Below, one piece after another: positions 56,959 through 64,000 of a stretch of 64,000 nt of DNA (its first letter is position 1; each line of letters opens with the position of its first letter). Below the pieces are notes generated by a model. That model was not told the DNA's origin. It did not search any database and saw nothing but the letters and a program-made list of their open reading frames with translations. The translations under genes were made by a program, and so were the position numbers. The stretch spans positions 434,001 to 498,000 of IMG/VR virus record IMGVR_UViG_3300027749_002876. One strand, given 5' to 3'.

Positions 56959-57002
56959 AGTTGATAAGTCTCTATTATAGACCCAAACGGATTAATTGTC
57001 AA
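56959..57002 (-). promoter_or_regulatory. early promoter with variant leader
   Basis: TTGACA 57002-56997, 17 nt, TATAAT 56979-56974, leader AGAGACTTATCAACT. Confidence 0.8.
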
Positions 57003-58060
57003 GTTTTATCTAATTTGTATCCGGTTACAATAAGCCCATATTGTGAAAATTCACGGTAAAATGCATCGATATCATTACCATAATATAGGAAACATTGTCC
57101 TCGGGTATTTACACTACTTTTTTTACCATCTACTGCAATAAAACTAATTCTATGGTCAGTGAAGCAAAGAGCATTAGCTGTATCTGCTAGTTTTTTAAAC
57201 CAACCTGTGTCGGTTGAATTGTTACACAAAATGATAGCTTGTTCAAAATTAGATTTTTCTAGCTCGGTCAAAAACTTATTTACTGCTACTTTCATAAGAG
57301 GACCATATGGTGGATTTAACCATACTGATTTGGCATTCCAATCCTTTGAACACCCATCATCTTTTTCTGTGAATATTCTTGAGGCTTTTACAGTTTCGTT
57401 TGCTTTGACACTACTAAACGGGTCCAAATCAATAGTTCCACCAAATACGTTACGTGCAGAATTTGTGTATTTTTCAGGTGTGTACCAGCTATCGCTGTCT
57501 CTATCTTTAGTATATGCTACGGGTGAAGAACCTACATATGCAATATTAACTTTTTTAGTGACCTTTTTCATTTGATTATTTATCACTTGGTCAATTTTAG
57601 TACAAGTACCTTCATAATCAAGCGCAACAAATTTGTTGTTTTTTATGCGAGAGGCTTCTAAATTTATTGCTTCTATAATAAGTTTCCCTCGCTTTTCTTT
57701 CCAATGCTTACCCATAGTTGCACACAAGTATTCTTGAAATATGCTTTTATTAGCATGAAATAATACACCAAGCATTTTTTCATCAACACTACCCGGTACC
57801 TCTTGTGTTTTCACTTCAATCCCTAATAAGGGAACAGTACCTTTAAACAAACCAAAATCGATTCTTCCAGGAGCACCAAACCAATTAGTATATGGATATT
57901 GTTTAACTGCAACGATTTTATCTTTTGGAATTATAGAATTTTGAAATGCACTATATGATTCATAAATTGTAATTCCGCTTTTTATTAAATGAGCGGCAAC
58001 TAATGAATCCCCTGCTTTACCTGAATCCTGTGCCAATGTGCCCTGACTGTGTTTAATCAT
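56999..58060 (-). CDS. PD-(D/E)xK nuclease-like domain fused to phage Dam-type N6-adenine methyltransferase
   Basis: N-half RIDF-(12)-IEVKTQ---GSVDEK; C-half DSWYTP, IDLDPFSS, VWLNPPYG, TDTGWF. Confidence 0.8.
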   Translation of the reverse strand: MIKHSQGTLAQDSGKAGDSLVAAHLIKSGITIYESYSAFQNSIIPKDKIVAVKQYPYTNWFGAPGRIDFGLFKGTVPLLGIEVKTQEVPGSVDEKMLGVLFHANKSIFQEYLCATMGKHWKEKRGKLIIEAINLEASRIKNNKFVALDYEGTCTKIDQVINNQMKKVTKKVNIAYVGSSPVAYTKDRDSDSWYTPEKYTNSARNVFGGTIDLDPFSSVKANETVKASRIFTEKDDGCSKDWNAKSVWLNPPYGPLMKVAVNKFLTELEKSNFEQAIILCNNSTDTGWFKKLADTANALCFTDHRISFIAVDGKKSSVNTRGQCFLYYGNDIDAFYREFSQYGLIVTGYKLDKT

Positions 58061-58090
58061 TACTTGTGTCCTATAATATTTTTGAATAAA

Positions 58091-58510
58091 TTAACTAACC
58101 TCAGTACGGCCTTCGCCTAAGTTTTTAGTGCGTACCATTCGTAAGTCACGGTTCGTTGGATCGGCCTGTTGTTGTTCATAGACCTCGAGTGCAATATTTC
58201 TACAAATTGTTTGAAACCAACGATCTACTAACACGTTATCTGTATCAGTATCTTTTTGTTTATAACCTGCACGAATTAAATTTACAATAAACTTCTCATT
58301 CCAGTCAAGTTCAAATGCACCATTGTTAACATCATTGGGGTCAAGCTCCAAACTTAGAATGTTAATATACGGCTCACCTGCTGCCGTTGCTTTTTCTTTA
58401 GCAGTAAGTTCAGGTACTACTGGTGCAATTTTCTTTTCCTTAACTTTTTTAGGTTCGGGTTCAGATTTAACTTCTGGCTTTTTAAATAAATTCTTTATTT
58501 TTTCAAACAT
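58091..58510 (-). CDS. conserved hypothetical protein
   Basis: KEKATAAGEPY, GAFELDWNE-F, VDRWFQ-ICRN. Confidence 0.75.
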   Translation of the reverse strand: MFEKIKNLFKKPEVKSEPEPKKVKEKKIAPVVPELTAKEKATAAGEPYINILSLELDPNDVNNGAFELDWNEKFIVNLIRAGYKQKDTDTDNVLVDRWFQTICRNIALEVYEQQQADPTNRDLRMVRTKNLGEGRTEVS

Positions 58511-59520
58511 TTGTATCTCTCTAGTAATTTAAAGCTGGCTAAGTTTTTAGCTTTGCTTTCGCACATCATATCAAAATTATCAATGAATGTCAATGCCCAA
58601 TCGTTCACCGCTTCGTTCCAATAGTAATCACTATGTGCCCTAAGCTTCTGTTTACTGTATCCCGCTTCAATCAACGCACCATGAGAGGGTAATTGTGATC
58701 CGGAATGTCCGACAAGTACATCTTCACGGCTGACGGAGTAATGTAGAGTAGGCCTAACACCACGCCAGCTATCAATAACCATTTTAACACGGTCGTCAGT
58801 AGGTTGAATATATTCACCTTCCCTAATCCAATTATGGTGAATGTCCATGACCGTAGGTACGAGGTCAGATAATGATAAGCAGTCTGTAAGTCCATGTGTG
58901 TATTCCTCATTTTCTAGTGTTAGTGTGTTTCTTGCTTCGGGGCTGAGTCTTCCGTAGACTTCTCTGATTCCTTGGGGACCTCTTCGTCCTGAGATGTGGA
59001 CGTTGGTTTTAAAGTCCTGAAACTGTTTGCCGAAACCCATCCATCGAACCATGTCTGCATGATACTCAAACTCCTCTATACTCTTATTTACTACCTCATC
59101 ACGGTCACTTGCTAAAACTACAAACTGATCCGGATGAAATGATAACCGAACATCATTAGCTCTAGCTGTTTCACCGATAGGTGCAAACCATCGTTGTAAA
59201 CTATTTTGTACATCGGTTGATTGCCAAAATTCTTTGTAGCCATCCATAGTATAAAAACTAAGCATATCACTAGTAAGACGAACCATACGCAATTCGGGTT
59301 CTAATGTGGCAACACGCTTAACAAGTGCGTGAGTATTCATAATATTGCGTTTAGCAACATCCATAATCTTTTCTTCTACTACATTACGGTTATTACGCTT
59401 TGCCCACGCTTGTGTAGTACCACCTGTGTTAAGACCCTCGGCTGAAACAAGCTCACCTTTGTGATTGATTTCCGCCCATTTACAAGCAAAGCCGATGCGT
59501 TTGATAGATTGATTTGTCAA
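58495..59520 (-). CDS. uvsE: UV-damage endonuclease
   Basis: RIGFACK, RLSFHPDQFVVL-S, NVHI, TLENEE, MDIHH, HYS, AHSDY; TTG start. Confidence 0.92.
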   Translation of the reverse strand: MTNQSIKRIGFACKWAEINHKGELVSAEGLNTGGTTQAWAKRNNRNVVEEKIMDVAKRNIMNTHALVKRVATLEPELRMVRLTSDMLSFYTMDGYKEFWQSTDVQNSLQRWFAPIGETARANDVRLSFHPDQFVVLASDRDEVVNKSIEEFEYHADMVRWMGFGKQFQDFKTNVHISGRRGPQGIREVYGRLSPEARNTLTLENEEYTHGLTDCLSLSDLVPTVMDIHHNWIREGEYIQPTDDRVKMVIDSWRGVRPTLHYSVSREDVLVGHSGSQLPSHGALIEAGYSKQKLRAHSDYYWNEAVNDWALTFIDNFDMMCESKAKNLASFKLLERYKCLKK

Positions 59521-59600
59521 AGTAATAGTCCAAAGTGATAAATAATAAGATACAGTGTAACATATTTACGCAATAAAGTCAACTATTTACGGATACCACT

Positions 59601-60476
59601 ATGAGAATTAACGAATTTATAACAGAGTCTAGTAAGATTTGCCCACAATGTGGAATGAGAGGTTGCACGTGCAAACCTGGAAAATGTAATTGCAAACCAA
59701 AGCCTGGTTATCCAAAACAGGTTGATGAAGCCGCTAATCCAGCACAACAAGCCGCTATAGCTATTGCTATGAAAAAAGCTGGTAAAAAGCCAAAAAATAT
59801 GCATGAAGAAGATGAGGGTATGTTTGGTAGATCCAAAAACGATAAACGATATTTAGATAAATTTGATCCAACTGAAGTTATGAATATCAGTGATGATCCT
59901 AGTAAGGCACATAAAACAACGGGCAAGGGTTCATTAAGAACATCTAAGAAAGATTTAGAATTTGCATTTGGACCACCCGGAGAAGATGATACATGGGTTT
60001 TAGAATTTAAGAATGGTTTAATTGCCACTATATACCCACAATCTAACAGTGGTGGCATGGATTGGATCATAGGTGGTAATCATACAAACACTGAAGATTT
60101 TGTACATATGGCTTATTCAGCCGCACTTGATGAAAAACTTGAAGAGGATTGGAACAAGGTCAACCAGAAAGACAAAACATCTGGTATGAGCCGTAAGGCA
60201 GTAAAAGCATATCGTAGAGAAAATCCAGGTAGCAAATTACAAACAGCAGTTACTACTAAACCTAGTAAATTAAAGCCTGGATCAAAAGCTGCCAAACGCC
60301 GTAAGAGTTTTTGTGCTAGAATGAGTGGTAACAAAGGTCCTATGAAAAAGCCTAATGGTAAACCTACTCCCAAAGCATTAGCACTACGTAGATGGAATTG
60401 TGAGAGTGTAGAGCAAATGGAAGAATTGGTAATGTTAGCAGAACAATTTATCCGCAATCACAAGACTAAACTTTAA
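59601..60476 (+). CDS. modular basic protein, probable virion-internal (Cys-rich N-term; RKSFCARM...LRRWNC module)
   Basis: N-term MRINEFITE; CPQCGMRGCTCKPGKCNC; C-terminal module common in T4-like phages. Confidence 0.7.
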   Translation: MRINEFITESSKICPQCGMRGCTCKPGKCNCKPKPGYPKQVDEAANPAQQAAIAIAMKKAGKKPKNMHEEDEGMFGRSKNDKRYLDKFDPTEVMNISDDPSKAHKTTGKGSLRTSKKDLEFAFGPPGEDDTWVLEFKNGLIATIYPQSNSGGMDWIIGGNHTNTEDFVHMAYSAALDEKLEEDWNKVNQKDKTSGMSRKAVKAYRRENPGSKLQTAVTTKPSKLKPGSKAAKRRKSFCARMSGNKGPMKKPNGKPTPKALALRRWNCESVEQMEELVMLAEQFIRNHKTKL

Positions 60477-61293
60477 GTAGTTCTTCTAAAGTATATAAGT
60501 TCTTCATATAGGGTGATACATTTTCTAGTACACTACTAGCAATGTCGCCCTTCCTTCTTGGGCCGTATTTCACGTTGAAGCTAACATCATTGACTTTTTG
60601 AAACTCATCAACAATCTCACTAACAGTATATCCTACTCCGTGACCTAAACATTCTACACTATTGCTAGGTTTCTCAATAGCTTGTTTTAATGAATCACAT
60701 ATCTCATTTACGTGTACATAGTCACGTACACAAGTACCATCAGGTGATACATCATAATCATTACCAAAAATTGTAAACTCTTTTGATTGCATGGCCATTA
60801 TTAAATTATACATTAATCCATCGGGGTTAGTGGGAGCAAAGCCTTCGCTTCCAATAACATTATAAAATCTAAAGATTGTATATGGGGTTGCTCGATGGGT
60901 TGTACAATATTCTCTTACCACATCTTCTGCCGCACGTTTGCTGATACCATAAGCACTACAACAATCTTGTGCGGCACCGGTGCTTGCAAAGATAAAGTTC
61001 TTTGTCTTAATCTTATTCAATACATTCATTGTACCATTCAAGTTAGTTATATAATATTGAATAGGTTTCTGCTCACTTTCACCCACATTAACTAACGCGG
61101 CCAAATGAATAACACAATCAAACTCATCTTCTAAACTAAAAGGTCGATTGATATCACAATGATAGAATGTATGCGGCGACTCTTGTGGTTCTACTTTATC
61201 TAAACCATACACTTGATATTCACCCTTCAATATCTTAGTAAGATGTGAACCAATGTAACCGCTATTACCTGTTATTAAAACTTTTTTTACCAC
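60466..61293 (-). CDS. galE: UDP-glucose 4-epimerase-like NAD-dependent epimerase
   Basis: ITGNSGYIG, HLAA---VGES, YGISK (YxxxK), RFYNV, DGTCVRDYVHV; GTG start. Confidence 0.9.
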   Translation of the reverse strand: MVKKVLITGNSGYIGSHLTKILKGEYQVYGLDKVEPQESPHTFYHCDINRPFSLEDEFDCVIHLAALVNVGESEQKPIQYYITNLNGTMNVLNKIKTKNFIFASTGAAQDCCSAYGISKRAAEDVVREYCTTHRATPYTIFRFYNVIGSEGFAPTNPDGLMYNLIMAMQSKEFTIFGNDYDVSPDGTCVRDYVHVNEICDSLKQAIEKPSNSVECLGHGVGYTVSEIVDEFQKVNDVSFNVKYGPRRKGDIASSVLENVSPYMKNLYTLEELLKV

Positions 61294-62618
61294 TGAAATA
61301 ATTCCTCACTAGTTTCTAATGCTGGTTCAAAGATCGGATCTTTGGTTAAATATGTGTCATTGTCTGTATAGATAACTCTAAATTTATGTTTGTTAGTCAA
61401 CACACTGCGAACATCATCAATACAAATTACATTACGTCCTAAATTCTTAATGAAGTCAGTATGTGTAATAGTTGTTTCATTGCAAATTTTGGCTGTATTA
61501 GTGTTAGATTTTTTACTATCAAACTCATTAAAACAATTATTCCACTTATGAAACACAGTAGCTTCTTGTTCTTGTGCATGTTGTAATGATCCTAAGTTAT
61601 ACCATCTTTCTGCTTTTTCAAAAATATCATATAACTCTTTTGCTTTACTTGCCATGTCTTTCTTTGTGCATTTGTAAAAGAAATTATCATTGAAGTTTTT
61701 AGTCCAGCGTTGATTTTCTAATACCAGTGTGGGCAATTGAATATGTTGTTCATAGAAAGCCATACCATAACTCTCAACAACACTAGGATTAAACGCAATA
61801 CGACTAGACTTAATAAAATCTACTTTCTCTTGTCCAACAATACTAGCACGAACATCATACATGACTCCTAGTTTAGACAATCTATCTTCAAACTTCTTTA
61901 CACCATTAGGACTAGTCATAACCTTAACCGGTAGTTTAGTCTGCTCAATCAATTCAATAAACAACTCAGGATTCTTACCTTCTTCCCATCGACCAACAAA
62001 CAGTATCCCCTCACGTTCACCTGTGTACACAGTTAATAAGTCTGGTTCAGTAATAGGTATAGGAAGATGATAGGATGATTCATTTAAATGTAGTTGATTG
62101 AATTTACTTTGAGTTCCTATATCAATGTTTGTTGTGCTTAATTGTTGGCGCATCATCACATTGGTGTTGTGTAAGAATGGATTCTTAGTGTCTTTGAATA
62201 TCTGGCTTTCTAAGTGAGTGTAGGCAATGATTTGAATACAATCCTCAAGACCCATAGTACTAGCTACTTGCACAGTTTCATATGTATTACATACAAACGC
62301 ATCGTATAAGTTATTCTCTAACGCTTTGATAATACTATTACGGAAATTAGCCATGCGTTCATAACAGAATGTATCACCATACATAAAGATGTTGCTATGC
62401 TCAGTATAACGTAATGAATCAGCAGGCGATATGATATTAGCCGGAATAGATTTGATAAACTCATTATCTTGCGGTTCTTTGTCAGTAATGATATCAACTT
62501 TAACATTATGACTATCCATTAACTCACAAAAACTTTTTGTAAATTGTCCTATGCCACCATGTGGTATTAATGTTTGATAGCTTACTAAAAAGCCAATTCG
62601 TTTATCGTATGTTCTCAT
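61287..62618 (-). CDS. GT4-like (GT-B) glycosyltransferase
   Basis: HGGIGQF, LFVGRWEEGKNPE, FNPSVVESYGMAFYE. Confidence 0.85.
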   Translation of the reverse strand: MRTYDKRIGFLVSYQTLIPHGGIGQFTKSFCELMDSHNVKVDIITDKEPQDNEFIKSIPANIISPADSLRYTEHSNIFMYGDTFCYERMANFRNSIIKALENNLYDAFVCNTYETVQVASTMGLEDCIQIIAYTHLESQIFKDTKNPFLHNTNVMMRQQLSTTNIDIGTQSKFNQLHLNESSYHLPIPITEPDLLTVYTGEREGILFVGRWEEGKNPELFIELIEQTKLPVKVMTSPNGVKKFEDRLSKLGVMYDVRASIVGQEKVDFIKSSRIAFNPSVVESYGMAFYEQHIQLPTLVLENQRWTKNFNDNFFYKCTKKDMASKAKELYDIFEKAERWYNLGSLQHAQEQEATVFHKWNNCFNEFDSKKSNTNTAKICNETTITHTDFIKNLGRNVICIDDVRSVLTNKHKFRVIYTDNDTYLTKDPIFEPALETSEELFQW

Positions 62619-62788
62619 TTATCTTCTATAGTAGGTACATCTTGCCATTCAGTATATTCACGCTTTTTAGTAAAACTACCTTGAATAGTAGTTGTACTAT
62701 AATCAGTTACTTCAATTTGTGTTCTATATTGTAACACTTTTTCAGGTCCGTCCCAACCGCTTCGGACAAGATATCTTAATTCATACAT
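62615..62788 (-). CDS. hypothetical protein, 57 aa, not in the ORF track
   Basis: MYELRYLV...KVLQYR...EWQDVP; ATGA-coupled to the GT. Confidence 0.6.
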   Translation of the reverse strand: MYELRYLVRSGWDGPEKVLQYRTQIEVTDYSTTTIQGSFTKKREYTEWQDVPTIEDK

Positions 62789-62792
62789 ATAT

Positions 62793-63029
62793 TTACCTTT
62801 TTAACAACCACATAATATGGGCATTTTTATCGTGCCAACTGTGTTCTAAACTAATTTCACTTGGTCCAGCATAGATACTGGTTAGTCTATAAGCCCACTT
62901 TAACCAAATACATTTACCTGACAAATCACAAGTTTCAGGCAACCATGCAAACTTTAAATCTGCACCCAAGTATTTGTTACGATAGGAGTCATTGATACCC
63001 ATACTATCTAGTGGCATAACTATCTCCAT
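62793..63029 (-). CDS. hypothetical protein
   Basis: FAWLP--C-LSGK-IWLK-AY. Confidence 0.6.
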   Translation of the reverse strand: MEIVMPLDSMGINDSYRNKYLGADLKFAWLPETCDLSGKCIWLKWAYRLTSIYAGPSEISLEHSWHDKNAHIMWLLKR

Positions 63030-63271
63030 CGTAACATAAAATGAATATAATCTTTCTCATCTGTGAATTTGAACGTAGTTTCAAATCCATCATCTTGTGT
63101 ATCTTTATATTCATACGTCCACCTAGATTTTGTTCTACCAGGACCAAAAGTATCAACACACCAATCTAATGGATTATTTTTATCTCTTATAGAACCGTCT
63201 GGTCCCATATAGTGTTTCCAATAATCCCAAGATAATAAAGCAATGTGTTGATATTTTTTCATGTGCCCCAC
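63020..63271 (-). CDS. small hypothetical protein (DWC...F-FTDE-DY--F-LRW family)
   Basis: 83 aa; pattern shared with 22662-22862. Confidence 0.6.
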   Translation of the reverse strand: MGHMKKYQHIALLSWDYWKHYMGPDGSIRDKNNPLDWCVDTFGPGRTKSRWTYEYKDTQDDGFETTFKFTDEKDYIHFMLRWR

Positions 63272-64000
63272 TCGTTTTTGAAAAGAGGTACTTGAAGTCT
63301 ATCACTGTACCGATAACCACGATTCATTGCTTCAATAGCAACATTCTTAGCATTTAAGTTATACAATGATTCTACACCACCGCAAGGCATGAAGTATACA
63401 GGGCCTCTGAATCCACCATTACGAAATTCTAGTACAGCTTTGTCTGCTTCAATTGCATCTTCACTAGTAGCAATAACAAACTTAAGATACACAAAGCCAA
63501 TACTTTCATATTGACGAATGATGTTAGGACAAATTGCTTCACTCCACTTCTCGCCACTGATACTTAGTTTAGGACTAACACTAAATGTTAATGCATTCTT
63601 TTCTCTGTTAATCTTCCATTGTTGTAGATAGATTGATAGGTCTTGACTTAGTTCTTGTGTACCATTAGTTTCAAAAGTAATCTCTTTGAGACCTCTCATT
63701 TTTTCGTTTGAAAGTAATTCTGGATATGCTCTTTGCCATCCAAGAAGAGGTTCACCACCAGTGATAACAAGGTGCTCATCCATCCAGCGACCGTGAGGAA
63801 GGATAGTAAGAATAGAGTCAACAATAGAAACGGTACTGAGCATAGGACTAAGATGCTTAAATCTAGAGTCCCACGAGGCGTAGGAATCGCAACCTGTACT
63901 GACAAGCGGTAAGGATTTATAATCTGTATAATCTTGTGCTTTAATCGCAATAACATCTCTTTCACTACTCAATTCTCCTTTATTCATGCCGAAGCCACCA
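63259..64000 (-). CDS. queE: 7-carboxy-7-deazaguanine synthase (radical SAM), 5'-truncated by window edge
   Basis: GCDSYASW, HLVITGGEPLL, TFETNGT, SVSPKL, YLKFV, SDRLQV; frame stays open to the window end (GGFG before the track's Met). Confidence 0.88.
   Translation of the reverse strand, partial: GGFGMNKGELSSERDVIAIKAQDYTDYKSLPLVSTGCDSYASWDSRFKHLSPMLSTVSIVDSILTILPHGRWMDEHLVITGGEPLLGWQRAYPELLSNEKMRGLKEITFETNGTQELSQDLSIYLQQWKINREKNALTFSVSPKLSISGEKWSEAICPNIIRQYESIGFVYLKFVIATSEDAIEADKAVLEFRNGGFRGPVYFMPCGGVESLYNLNAKNVAIEAMNRGYRYSDRLQVPLFKNEWGT

Noticed and set aside
1-64000. tRNA, tmRNA or rRNA genes
   Set aside because: No cloverleaf or T-loop signature found by eye and intergenic gaps are short; tRNAscan-SE or Aragorn would be decisive
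1-64000. Stop-codon reassignment as in some large phages
   Set aside because: DnaK, ClpX, ClpP and ligase are full length under the standard code, with TAA, TGA and TAG all used as stops

Overview
A 64-kb, AT-rich, gene-dense segment of a large tailed phage with T4-like (myovirus-type) regulation. The host-like genes (DnaK, ClpX, ErpA, FdxA, bS21) look most like Betaproteobacteria, which is an inference from sequence style only. The window holds: (i) three clusters of small early genes, most behind their own copy of a near-consensus sigma70 promoter plus leader; (ii) a virion fibre/adhesin region (3.6-21.3 kb) with a C1 protease, LamG proteins, Gly/Asn/Thr-rich modular fibres and three Kelch-like propeller paralogs with variable loops; (iii) translation and proteostasis genes (IF-1, bS21, a small ArfA-like ORF missed by the ORF track, ClpP, ClpX, ClpS, DnaK, Hsp20); (iv) nucleotide, repair and modification genes (dCMP deaminase, MazG-like, HAD nucleotidase, ATP ligase, T4-type RNase H, UvsE, a nuclease-Dam fusion, GalE, GT4, partial QueE). 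Late genes carry a TAAATA/TAAGTA motif, often only 4-6 nt before the ATG. The most notable unannotated signals are two covarying ROSE-like RNA-thermometer leaders on dnaK and hsp20, the propeller family sharing a Gly-patterned N-terminal leader with LamG proteins, T4 capsid-targeting-like N-termini on four unrelated proteins, and the ArfA-like ORF. I saw no tRNA, rRNA, CRISPR array, integrase or transposase. All calls come from reading motifs by eye; no database search was run.
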